Of a stretch of 64,000 bases of DNA, positions 28,621-37,926 are shown piece after piece. The stretch is from an uncultured Acidobacteriota bacterium (lineage in GTDB: Bacteria; Acidobacteriota; Polarisedimenticolia; JACPZX01; DASXTC01). How positions within the stretch are numbered: the stretch's first letter is position 1; each line of letters opens with the position of its first letter. The stretch is taken from NCBI GenBank assembly GCA_963806495.1, contig CAWDYA010000010.1, forward strand, positions 130,971 to 194,970, written 5' to 3'. A program made the translations under genes and the position numbers. Under the pieces are notes generated by a model, which was not told where the DNA came from, did not search any database, and saw only the letters and a list, made by a program, of their open reading frames with translations.

Positions 28621-30852
28621 GAGATCCCCGAGTAGAAGTACGCCACGTGCTGCATCCACTGGAGCACCCGGCTCCACCAGGCCAGACCCGCGACGTGGTC
28701 CGCCGTCCTCGACCGGCTGTTGTTGGAGCGGTTGATGTCCAACGCCATCCGTTCCTCCGGATCGACCCGCGCTCCAGCGAGCTTCGCGCCGGTCTCGCGG
28801 ATCCGCGTCCACCGGTACGAGCCGTCCCAGGTGGTGCGCTCCGGCGTCCCCTCCTCGTAGCGGATCTCGATGTCCTGCGGCCAGACGAACTCGCCGAGCC
28901 GCCTGACCACCACCTCGTCCTCCCACCCGGCACCCGGCCCGGCGGCCTCCTCGGCCTTGCGGGCCTCCTCGCGCGCCTCGGAGCGCGTCACGCGCTTTCT
29001 GTCATCCGGCGGGCCGAACACCCCCCGCCCCGCACGCGGCAGACGGCTCTCGACCTCGTCCACCGCGTAGTCCATCACGTCGCTTCCGAAGATCGCCTGG
29101 CGGAAGAAGCCCTCGAGCGGGACGCCGTCCGCCATCGGGCCGGCCACCTCGATGACCGTCGCGATGAAATCCTCCACGTGCGGATGCCGGAACCGGTAAC
29201 GCTGGTGATACGTGCGCATCGCTCGCAGCATGAGATCGGGGCCGAGGATCCCGCGCAGGGTCCTCAGCATGAGCGCGGTGCGGGAGTAGGAGTTGAGGCC
29301 GTACGACTCCCGATCGAGGTACTCCCAGGAACGTCGCGCCAGAATGTCCGCCTTGGGGGCCGCGAGGTAGCGCCGGCGCTGTGCGGTCACCTGGTCGATC
29401 GGCACATCGTGCACGTCGTTGAGGAACGGCACGTCCCGGAAGGCATTGAGCGTCGTGTCGTCCGACGGGCCGAACGGCCTCATCAGGAAGAAGTCGAACA
29501 GGTTCGCCGCGAACCCCGCCGGCCCGCCCGCGGCATCGGTCGCAGAGGGCCCGGTGGGGATCTCCACGAGCGGTGTTGCGACGTACGGCAGACCGGGGGC
29601 CAGGTCGATCGTCTCGTGATTCGGTCCGTACGCCTTCTCCAGCACCAGACCGGTGGAATAGGTGTTGAATCCTTCGTCGAGGAACGCCTCCTCGAACTCG
29701 TTGTTGGCCACCATCCCGTACCAGAACTGATGCCCGAACTCGTGGATCGTCACCCCCTCCGGCGATTGACGCGCCGAAGGGGAGAGCCAGTTGGTGCCGG
29801 CGGTGATGAACGTCGGATACTCCATGCCGCCCGCGCCGCGCGCCCCGTATGCCGGGTCGACGACCGTCAGCGTCGCGTAAGGGTAGCTGCCGTACCAGGT
29901 GCCGAAGTAGAGCAGCGCCGCGAAGACGGCGGAGAAATGCCGGTCGATCTGCGCCGCATGCTCGGGCTGGATCAGCAGCGTCACGTCGACATCGCGAAGG
30001 GCGAGCTCGTCCGAGCCCTCCGGAAGACCCAGGGCGTGCGCCACACGTGCCTCTTCCACGGCGTCGCGTTGCTCGGCATATACGAAGCGCCGGGTCACCT
30101 TGATGAAGCGGGGATCCGCCGTCCAGGCGAAATCATGCACGTCGTCCTGCACGTAGTGGTAGGTCGTGGTTCCATCCGGGGCCGGCTCGGGCTCTCCCTG
30201 CAGCGCGCCGGTCGCCCCGACCACGTAGGGCGACGGCACGGTGATCCGCACGTCGAACCGGCCGAAATCCGCGAAGAACTCGCTGTTGTTGTGGAACTGG
30301 TGGCAGTTCCAGCCGCGCTCCTCCAGAACACCGATCTTGGGGAACCACTGCCCGGCGAGATGGAACTCGTTACGATATCCGGTGCGCGCGAAGACGCGCG
30401 GGAGCTGCGCCGAGAAGTCGATCTGCAGGGTGATCGTGCCCCCCGGCTCGACCGGCTGCGGCAGCGGGACGCGCAGCACCGTCTCGTCGTCCGGGTTGCC
30501 GTCGTCGGGCTGGATGAACCCGGCTCCCGCCAGCAGATCCTGTCCCTCGGCGGTGCTCATCGACAGCAGGTCGATGTACCCCCATCCACCTTCCCTCAGC
30601 CTGTGGCCGCGATGACGTTCCGGAGGATTCCTTCATGAAGGTGGTGCGATCGTTCTTGAAGGCGTTGAGATAGAGGTGGAACTGCAGCTCGCCGGCCGGC
30701 GACGACGTGGTGTTGCGCCAGGTGAGCGTCTCGTGCCCGTCGAGCAGGTGCTCATCGGCCTTCAGCGTCACATCGATACGGTAGTCGACCACCCGGTCGG
30801 CCATCTCCGCGGCAACCGCGGACGGCGCCAGCAGCAGCGCTGCGAGCAGCAT
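28617..30852 (-). pseudogene. M1-family zinc metallopeptidase (aminopeptidase N-like), secreted, with +1 frameshift near 30590 (sequencing indel or pseudogene)
   Basis: Catalytic 'HEFGHQFWYGMVANNEFEEAFLDEGFNTY' (HExxH-x18-E) in 28617..30560. Signal peptide and the first domain ('VDYRIDVTLKADEHLLDGHETLTW...NAFKNDRTTFMKES') are in another frame (to 30909). Removing one A from 'gggAAgg' restores 'AEGGGWGYIDLLSMSTAEG'. Confidence 0.75.
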
Positions 30853-31036
30853 CGGCCCGAGGGTCCGTTTCAGCGAGTCGGGCAGGGTCTCCTCCTCGAT
30901 GACGCGCATACCGTGAGGGATGCTTATACCACATCCGGCGGCCCGGGCGGCGCGTTTCCTTGCCCGGCCGCCTCTGCTATGCTCCGGGCGATATCCCGCA
31001 TCCCCCCCGAGGGGATCAGATCATCCAGTCTCACCC

Positions 31037-34000
31037 ATGGTGCGAACCCCGATGCTCTGCCCCGTCTGTCAGACCCCCAACCCCGATGACGGCCGTTTCT
31101 GCAGCCAGTGCGCCGAGCCGCTCCTCGCGAAGACGGGCGCCTCCCGCCCCGGGTCGGCGGGATCACTCGCGGCCACCACGGCGGGCGGCATCACCGGCTC
31201 GGGCATCCGGTCGGGCTCCCTGCCTCCGGGCCACCTGCTCGGCGACAGGTACCGGATCGAGGCGGCGCTCGGCATGGGCGGCATGGGGATGGTCTACCGG
31301 GCGATCGATTGCGAGCTGAACGTCCCGGTGGCGCTCAAGCTGATCCGCGGCGAGTACGCCGACAACCCGCAGATCGTCGAGCGATTCAAGAAGGAGATCA
31401 CGATCGCCCGGCGGGTGACGCACCGCAATGTCGCGCGCATCTACGACATGGGTGAGGCGGAAGGGTTCCGGTACATCTCGATGGAATACATCGAGGGCCG
31501 TGACCTGGCGGGGCTCGTCGCGGAGAAGGGGCGGTTCGGCGTGGAGGAGACGCTCTCGATGCTGAGACAGGTGTGCGCCGCGCTGAAGGAGGCTCACGCG
31601 TCGGGCGTCGTGCATCGCGACCTCAAGCCCCACAACATCATGCTCGACGCCTCCGGTGGCGCCCACGTCATGGACTTCGGCATCGCCATGGCGGCCGACG
31701 CGGGAGGCATGACCCGTACCGGCGCGCTGGTCGGCACGCCGGAATACATGTCCCCCGAGCAGGCCGAGGGCCGCCGCGTCGATCACCGCTCCGACATCTA
31801 CTCGCTCGGGATCACCCTGTACGAGATCCTCGCGGGCGACGCCCCGTTCAAAGGGGACACGACGTGGGAGGTCATCAGGAAGCAGGTCACCCAGCGCCCC
31901 CAGTCGATCCGCAGGCTGCGCAAGGACGTCCCGGAGTGGCTCGACACGCTGATCCTCAAGTGCCTGGAGAAGGACCCGGCACTGCGATACCAGTCGGTCG
32001 GCGAGATCCTCAACGATCTCGACCGCCAGAAGGCACGGCTCTCCCCGCGTCACTACCTGCCATCGCGGCGCTCCGTGCTGCTCGGTGCGGCGGCGCTCGT
32101 GCTCGTCGCGGCCGCGGTGGGCGTGACGATGTACCTCGGCCCGAGGACGCCGGTGGCCGGCGAGGACGGCCGGCGCTCCGTGGCGATCCTCCCCTTCCAG
32201 AACCAGACGGGCCGGGCCGATCTCGACTGGCTGCGCACCGGGCTGGCCGACAACCTCACCACCGATCTGGCCGAATCGAGGTACTTCCGCGTCCTGTCAC
32301 GGGAGCGGCTGACGCAGATCCTCGGCCAGCTCGGCCTCGACGATGTCTCGCGGCTGGACGCGGCGGCACTGCAGAAGATCGGCGAGTTCGGCGCCGTGGA
32401 GGCGATCATCACCGGATCGTTCCTCAGCGCCGGCGACGAGATCCGCGTGAACCTGCGACTGCAGGATCCCGCCACCGGGGAGATCTTCCGCAGCGCCTCG
32501 GTCAACGGACGCGAGAGCCAGGTGCTCGGGATGATCGACGGTCTGACCCGGACGACCAAGCAGATGTTCCAGCTCGCGCCCGAGCGGCTCGCCGGGGACA
32601 GCGACCTGGATCTCGCCTCGGCGCGCACCTCGGTGGTCGAGGCCGCCAGCGCCTTCCAGCGGGGCGTCGACCTCCTTTACCAGGGCCGGAATCTCGAAGC
32701 GATCGGGCCGCTGGAGGCGGCGGTCTCGGCCGATCCGCGCTTCGCGATGGCGCACGCCCGTCTCGCGGAGGCCCACATGCGCACCGGGCACGACAGCGAG
32801 GCGCTCCAGGAGAGCCAGGCCGCCATGGACCGCATGCTGGCGGAGGCCGAGAAGATCCCGCAGGCGGACCGCACCTTCATCCGCGCGCTGCACGGCAGGA
32901 TCAGCAACAGGCCCGAAGAGTCGATACGCGCCTACGAGGAGCTGCTTGCGGGCGACCCCGGCGATTCGTTCGTCTCGTTCAGCCTCGGGGAGGTCATCGA
33001 GGGCACAGGCGACTTCCCGGCGGCTGAGAAGCGGTTCGAGGACGCGATCGCGGGCGATCGGAAGAACCCGGTGCTGCATTTCGCGCTGGGGCGCGTGCGG
33101 ATCAAGGCGGGTCGGGACGAGGAGGCGCTGCCGGAGCTGCAGAAGGCGCTCGAGCTGTACGGGCAGATGGGCAGCGAGGAGGGGCAGGGCAACACGCTCA
33201 ACGCCATGGCGCTCGCCAACGAGGATATCGGCCGGTACCAGGAGGCGCTCGACTACTACGGCCGCTCCGAGGCGATCAAGCGCCGGATCGGGGACAAGCG
33301 CGGCCTCGCCTCCACGCTGAACAACAAGGCGTTCCTCCTGCAGATCCAGGGGCACCTGAAGGACGCTACCCGCATCACCGACGAGGCACTGGCACTCACC
33401 CGCGAGATCGGCGACACCGATCACACCGCCGCGATCCTCGCGAACCTCGGGAGCCTCGAGGACGAGGGCGGCGACCCGGAACGGGCCGCGTCGTACTACA
33501 CCGAGGCGCTCGAGCTGAGGCGCACGCTCAAGGATCGTGCCGGGCAGGTGACCTGCCTGATCGGCATGAACCGCGCCGATGCAGCCATGGGACGGCTCGC
33601 GCAGGCCGAGGAGCGGCTGGACGAAGCGGGCCGGATCGCACGCGAGATCGATGACCGGGAGAGCCAGGCGCAGATCGTCTCGGAGCGGGCACGGATCGCC
33701 TGGCTGCGCGGCGACCTGCCGGCGGCACGCGCCGGGCAGCTCGACGCGGTCGCACGATGGCAGGAGGTCGAGCGGAGCGACGGCGTCGCCGAGGCCCGCC
33801 AGCGTCTCGCGTTCGTCGAGGCGTCGGCCGGACTTCATGGCAGCGCCCGGCGGTCGGCCCTCGAGGCGCTGTCGACCTACGTCGATCTGGAGGACAGGAC
33901 CAATCAGGCCCGGCTCAATCTCCTGCTCGCCCGGCTGTCTCTTGCCGACGGCGACCCGGCCGGCGCGCTGAAGAAGGAAGGCGAGGCGTCCGACGCGCTC

Positions 34001-34621
34001 GCGCTGCTGGACAACCCCGTCCTCTCCGCGCAGGCGGCGCTGACCCGTTGCCGCGCGCTGCTGGCCAGGGATGACGCCGCGGGGGCGCGCGAGGCAGCCG
34101 AGGAGGTCTGCGCCGCGGCGAAGCGGACCCCCGCCGTCCTCGCCTCGATCCAGTGCGGGCTGGCCCGCAGCCTCACCGGTAGCGCGTCGGACGCGGTCTC
34201 GCAGGCCCTGACCGCCTCCACGCGGGCGGCCGACAACGGCCTCGCACTGCTTCACGTCGAGGCGGACCTGGCGCTCGCCTCCGCGTACCTGCGGGCCGGA
34301 GAGGCCTCGCAGGCTTCGACCCGCGCGCGCCTCGCGATGGAGGAGGCGTCGAAGCGGGGCCTGCCGCTGCCCCAGCTCGAAGCGGCGCCGATGGTCGCAC
34401 GCGCGCAGTGGGGCGCGGGTCGGCGGGACGAGGCGGTCAGAACCCTCCAGGCAGCCTTCACGGCGCTCGAGCCGACGGAGGCGGATCTCGAGCCGGCCGC
34501 ACTCGCCGCTTTCCGCGCCGGCGCCCGCTACCACGCCGCAGCCGCGCTGCTGGCAGGGTACCTGAAAGAACTGGGCCGGGACGCGGAGGCGGCAACCATC
34601 AGCCGCCGCGCGGGTCTCTGA
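31037..34621 (+). CDS. multidomain Ser/Thr protein kinase: N-terminal zinc ribbon, Hanks kinase, TM helix, periplasmic domain, long TPR array
   Basis: 'CPVCQTPNPDDGRFCSQC' zinc ribbon. Kinase motifs 'VALKLI', 'HRDLKPHNIML', 'DFGIA', 'GTPEYMSPE'. TM 'VLLGAAALVLVAAAVGVTMYL'. TPR-like repeats over ~700 aa (e.g. 'LGNTLNAMALANEDIGRYQEALDYYGRSEAI'). Start at ATG 31037; the ORF track begins at 30920. Confidence 0.85.
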   Translation: MVRTPMLCPVCQTPNPDDGRFCSQCAEPLLAKTGASRPGSAGSLAATTAGGITGSGIRSGSLPPGHLLGDRYRIEAALGMGGMGMVYRAIDCELNVPVALKLIRGEYADNPQIVERFKKEITIARRVTHRNVARIYDMGEAEGFRYISMEYIEGRDLAGLVAEKGRFGVEETLSMLRQVCAALKEAHASGVVHRDLKPHNIMLDASGGAHVMDFGIAMAADAGGMTRTGALVGTPEYMSPEQAEGRRVDHRSDIYSLGITLYEILAGDAPFKGDTTWEVIRKQVTQRPQSIRRLRKDVPEWLDTLILKCLEKDPALRYQSVGEILNDLDRQKARLSPRHYLPSRRSVLLGAAALVLVAAAVGVTMYLGPRTPVAGEDGRRSVAILPFQNQTGRADLDWLRTGLADNLTTDLAESRYFRVLSRERLTQILGQLGLDDVSRLDAAALQKIGEFGAVEAIITGSFLSAGDEIRVNLRLQDPATGEIFRSASVNGRESQVLGMIDGLTRTTKQMFQLAPERLAGDSDLDLASARTSVVEAASAFQRGVDLLYQGRNLEAIGPLEAAVSADPRFAMAHARLAEAHMRTGHDSEALQESQAAMDRMLAEAEKIPQADRTFIRALHGRISNRPEESIRAYEELLAGDPGDSFVSFSLGEVIEGTGDFPAAEKRFEDAIAGDRKNPVLHFALGRVRIKAGRDEEALPELQKALELYGQMGSEEGQGNTLNAMALANEDIGRYQEALDYYGRSEAIKRRIGDKRGLASTLNNKAFLLQIQGHLKDATRITDEALALTREIGDTDHTAAILANLGSLEDEGGDPERAASYYTEALELRRTLKDRAGQVTCLIGMNRADAAMGRLAQAEERLDEAGRIAREIDDRESQAQIVSERARIAWLRGDLPAARAGQLDAVARWQEVERSDGVAEARQRLAFVEASAGLHGSARRSALEALSTYVDLEDRTNQARLNLLLARLSLADGDPAGALKKEGEASDALALLDNPVLSAQAALTRCRALLARDDAAGAREAAEEVCAAAKRTPAVLASIQCGLARSLTGSASDAVSQALTASTRAADNGLALLHVEADLALASAYLRAGEASQASTRARLAMEEASKRGLPLPQLEAAPMVARAQWGAGRRDEAVRTLQAAFTALEPTEADLEPAALAAFRAGARYHAAAALLAGYLKELGRDAEAATISRRAGL

Positions 34622-34637
34622 ATCCCCGCCGCCCGGC

Positions 34638-36233
34638 TCAGATCCCCAGGCTGAAGATCAGCGTGTCCGCCAGCGCGACGAGACCGCCGGCGGGATTGCC
34701 GCCGCCGTCGACACCCGGCACGTTCGGAATCCCCTCGCCGCTGTATTGCCGGACCAGCGCCTTGAGCTGCTCGAGCAGGTCGATCGCCCCGGACGGATCG
34801 CTGTCGGGGCCGGCCTGGCCGATCAGTGCGGCCACCTCCGTGATCAGGAGCTGGATCTGGGACCGAAGCGCCGGATCGATGTTCGCGCCGAAGGTGTCCA
34901 GCTCCTCCTGCAGGCGGTTCAGCTTGTCCAGGATGACATCCGACCGCGGGCGGGTGTCGAGATAGACGACGAATTCGGAGAAGGTCTTGGTGCGGGCTCG
35001 CGGATCCTCCGGTGTCACCAGCACGGTCGTGTCCTGCATGACGTTGCCGCTGCCCGAGGCGTGCAGCACCCGCGCGTCCGGATTCATCGAGAAGAAGTCG
35101 CTCGCGATCGTGTCGGTGAACAGCGCCGTGGTGGTGAGTTGGTATACCACGAAGCCGGGGTCCTCCCAGAGCTTGCGCGCGTACGACGGAATCGTGTTCA
35201 TCTGAGGCGTGACGGTCGTGCCGGCTCCGAGCGCGGTGGTGACCAGGCAGGTCTCGCCGGCCTGCGTCACGTTGTCGTACGTGACGTTCACTCCGGCCGC
35301 AGGAGACACGGTCACGAGCTGTCCCGCCGGTGTGGGGACACAGGCGCTGGTGAGCGCCGCGGCCGCCGGATAGGCCCCGACCGTGAGATCCGCGAGCCGG
35401 TTCGCATGGGCGTCGTACCGGTTGATCACGTTGCTTCCGGGATGCGTGATGTGGACCACGCCGTCGAAATTCTCGGAGATCCGGCTGGGGCCTGCAGCCA
35501 GGCCGGTCGCGAAATCCGGGCTCAGACGCTGCCCGGTCTCGGAATACGCGATGACGCGGCCGTCGCTCGTGCTCACCAGGACCCTGCCCGTTCGCGTGAC
35601 CGTGATGCCGGTCGGCTCGCCGGGGATCCCGGTGGCGAAGTCGGCGTCTCGCGCGAAGTCGGCAGGGCCCGTCCGGCTGAGACGGGCGATCATCCCGGGG
35701 AGGGTGGACAGCACCAGGAGATCTCCCGCGTACGGGCCGCTGGTGAGGGTCGCCGTGCCCGCAAGCCTGTTCGACACGCCGATCGATGCGATACGGACAG
35801 CGGCGCCGCCTGCCGAGGGGATCATCCAGACGTCGCGCAACAGCTGGTCCGTGGAGTCGGACGTGTCCGCCCTGAGCCGCAGCCTGGGACTGCGGTCGGT
35901 CTCGTCACGGCTCACGAGAAAGAGATCGCCCGAGGGCGCCACGGAGAGACCGTCCGGCTTCGGGATCCGCGTCGCCACGATCGAGGCGTCGGAGCCGTCG
36001 GCCGCGTACCGCAGGACGCGACCCGCGGCATAGTCGGTCACCAGCAGGTTCCTGTGCGCGTCGACGGCGATGGCCCAGGGCTGTGCGAGCCCCCCGGCGG
36101 CGCCGATGACGCGCGTGATCTGACCCGCACCGTCCATGACGACGATACGGCCCGTCTCGGGGCTCGTGACGTATACGTCGGCCGAAGCGGCCCCTGCCGC
36201 CAGTGCCAGAACCGCGAACAGTAGTGGCGTCAT
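34638..36233 (-). CDS. hypothetical secreted protein with beta-propeller (NHL-like) repeats
   Basis: Signal peptide (MTPLLFAVLALAAGAASA) and repeated 'G.I.V.D..G.I....' blades (PWAIAVDAHRNLLVTD, PDGLSVAPSGDLFLVSRD). 532 aa with balanced composition. Confidence 0.5.
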   Translation of the reverse strand: MTPLLFAVLALAAGAASADVYVTSPETGRIVVMDGAGQITRVIGAAGGLAQPWAIAVDAHRNLLVTDYAAGRVLRYAADGSDASIVATRIPKPDGLSVAPSGDLFLVSRDETDRSPRLRLRADTSDSTDQLLRDVWMIPSAGGAAVRIASIGVSNRLAGTATLTSGPYAGDLLVLSTLPGMIARLSRTGPADFARDADFATGIPGEPTGITVTRTGRVLVSTSDGRVIAYSETGQRLSPDFATGLAAGPSRISENFDGVVHITHPGSNVINRYDAHANRLADLTVGAYPAAAALTSACVPTPAGQLVTVSPAAGVNVTYDNVTQAGETCLVTTALGAGTTVTPQMNTIPSYARKLWEDPGFVVYQLTTTALFTDTIASDFFSMNPDARVLHASGSGNVMQDTTVLVTPEDPRARTKTFSEFVVYLDTRPRSDVILDKLNRLQEELDTFGANIDPALRSQIQLLITEVAALIGQAGPDSDPSGAIDLLEQLKALVRQYSGEGIPNVPGVDGGGNPAGGLVALADTLIFSLGI

Positions 36234-36532
36234 CCGTGCTGTCGATCGAATCATGTCGTCCCTCCTGGTGATCGCCGTTTGCTTTGTCGGATGTGAGGCC
36301 CGGCGCCTGTCGTTCAGGCGCGACCCGCTGCAGCCGGGGATTCGGGCCGACGGGCGATTATACCGCTGCTGCCGTGCGGAACAAACGACAACAGGGGTCC
36401 GTTGTTTGTGTTAGCATGTAGGCCGCGGGTGTGGGGCCGCCCCGATCGTGCGATCGGGCATGAAACCGGGCGCCACGTCATCCCAGGACACCGCCGGATA
36501 TGCCGCCTGCGGAGTATGGACAACTCTACGCC

Positions 36533-37003
36533 ATGACGAACAAGGAACTGATCTCCTACCTTCATCCTGATCTATTCATCCCCGACCTCAAAGCGAAGAA
36601 CAAGATCGACGCCATCCAGAAGATGGTGGCCCACCTCGTAGACAACGGGCGCCTGCGCGACGGCCGGATCGTTCTCGAGGCACTCAAGACGCGCGAAAAG
36701 CTCGGCAGCACGGGCATCGGCAAGGGGGTCGCCATACCGCACAGCCGCTCGACCGTCACTCGTTCCCTCACCCTGCTGTTCGCACGTTCGGTCGAGGGGG
36801 TGGATTACGATGCCATCGACAAGAAGAAGGTCCATCTCTTCTTCATGATCCTCGCCCCTCACCAGGAGAAGACCAGCGAGTATCTCCCGCTGCTGGGCAA
36901 ACTGGTGGAGGTGACAAAGGACGCGGCATTGCGGCGGAAGCTCCTGAAGGTGGACAGCGTCGACGCGATCGCGGAGGCGTTCACCAAGGCCAAGACGAAA
37001 TGA
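36533..37003 (+). CDS. ptsN: PTS EIIA-Ntr (nitrogen regulatory protein PtsN)
   Basis: PTS_EIIA_2 fold with phospho-His loop 'GIGKGVAIPHSRS'. Start at MTNKEL (ATG 36533). Confidence 0.7.
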   Translation: MTNKELISYLHPDLFIPDLKAKNKIDAIQKMVAHLVDNGRLRDGRIVLEALKTREKLGSTGIGKGVAIPHSRSTVTRSLTLLFARSVEGVDYDAIDKKKVHLFFMILAPHQEKTSEYLPLLGKLVEVTKDAALRRKLLKVDSVDAIAEAFTKAKTK

Positions 37004-37338
37004 ATGCTCAGCTCGAAGCTCTGATCATGCTGCAGGATCTCGACCTCATGATGAGGGAGATGACGGACAAGAAGACCGCGAGCCAGTTGAGCCGTATCGG
37101 TTTCGAGGTCGAGGCGGTGGAGAATCTGGCCGAGGCCCGCGCGGAGCTGGCCGGGAAGGTCGAGCCCGAGATGCTGGCGATCTACGACAGGCTGATGGAT
37201 CGGTTCCAGCGTGCCATCGTCCCGGTGCGCAACAACACCTGTCTGGCCTGTTTCGTCAAGCTCCCCACCAAGTACGTGGCCACCGACGAGAAGATGCATC
37301 GCTGCAATCACTGCAACCGCTTTCTCTACTTCATTTAG
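37000..37338 (+). CDS. C4 zinc-ribbon protein (short COG1579-like)
   Basis: Coiled-coil N-terminus and C-terminal 'CLACFVKLP...HRCNHCNRFLY' (CxxC-x17-CxxC). 4-bp overlap with ptsN. Confidence 0.5.
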   Translation: MNAQLEALIMLQDLDLMMREMTDKKTASQLSRIGFEVEAVENLAEARAELAGKVEPEMLAIYDRLMDRFQRAIVPVRNNTCLACFVKLPTKYVATDEKMHRCNHCNRFLYFI

Positions 37339-37418
37339 TTCGGCGCCCCCCCGGCGCGGGCCGATGTCGTGATCGTCGCCCTGCGGCGCGCTTTTCCGGC
37401 CGGTCTTGATTACGCCCC

Positions 37419-37448
37419 TTGACAGCAAGGCGCAAACGGCACTATTCT
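37419..37448 (+). promoter_or_regulatory. sigma70-type promoter candidate upstream of the HU gene (-35 TTGACA, 18-bp spacer, -10 TATTCT)
   Basis: 'cccTTGACAgcaaggcgcaaacggcacTATTCTgccg' lies ~110 nt upstream of the HU ATG. A perfect -35 hexamer in high-GC DNA. Confidence 0.45.
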
Positions 37449-37556
37449 GCCGCAAGTTGCGTCGCACCGGTGGCCCCGTCCGATGCGTCGTGTGAGGCGT
37501 TGCCACTAATCCACCCCTTGTTGTCCGGGCGATTTCCCTGTCAGGGAGGTGACTCG

Positions 37557-37841
37557 ATGAACAAAGCGGACCTGATTGAAAAAATCTATGCTGAGCAGGG
37601 TCCGAAAGTCTCGAAGGCGCAGGCGGCGCGCGCGCTCGAATCGGTGATCGGCGGCATCACGGCTTCCCTCAAGAAGGGGGAGAGGGTCACCATCTCCGGC
37701 TTCGGCACGTTTTCCGCGAGCAAGAGGAAGGCCCGCGTGGGCCGCAACCCTCAGACGGGTGAGCCGATCAACATTCCGGCCCGCACCGTCGCCCGATTCA
37801 CGCCGGGCAAGGAGCTCAAGCGGGACCTCGAACGGACCTGA
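37557..37841 (+). CDS. HU/IHF-family nucleoid-associated DNA-binding protein
   Basis: 'MNKADLIEKI...GERVTISGFGTFSASKRKARVGRNPQTGEPINIPARTVARFTPGKELK' is the HU signature arm. GGGAGG Shine-Dalgarno 7 nt upstream of the ATG. Confidence 0.85.
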   Translation: MNKADLIEKIYAEQGPKVSKAQAARALESVIGGITASLKKGERVTISGFGTFSASKRKARVGRNPQTGEPINIPARTVARFTPGKELKRDLERT

Positions 37842-37888
37842 TCCCGTCCCGCAGGACCGGGTTGTCCCATTGAAGAGTCAGACGAAAA

Positions 37889-37915
37889 GGAGCGGCGGTC
37901 CGCTCCTTTTCTTTT
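37889..37915 (+). terminator. rho-independent terminator after the HU gene
   Basis: Stem GGAGCGG / CCGCTCC with loop CGGT, followed by TTTTCTTTT; 48 bp downstream of the HU stop. Confidence 0.6.
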
Positions 37916-37926
37916 CCCGCCGATCG

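Noticed and set aside
28647-30638. 663-aa + strand ORF
   Set aside because: Antisense to the M1 peptidase gene, which carries the HExxH-E catalytic signature.
36255-36532. sigma54 (-24/-12) promoter upstream of ptsN
   Set aside because: No TGGCAC-N5-TTGC-like element was found by eye. Other TGGCAC occurrences (e.g. 43694, 63877) lack the -12 GC/TTGC element at the correct spacing.
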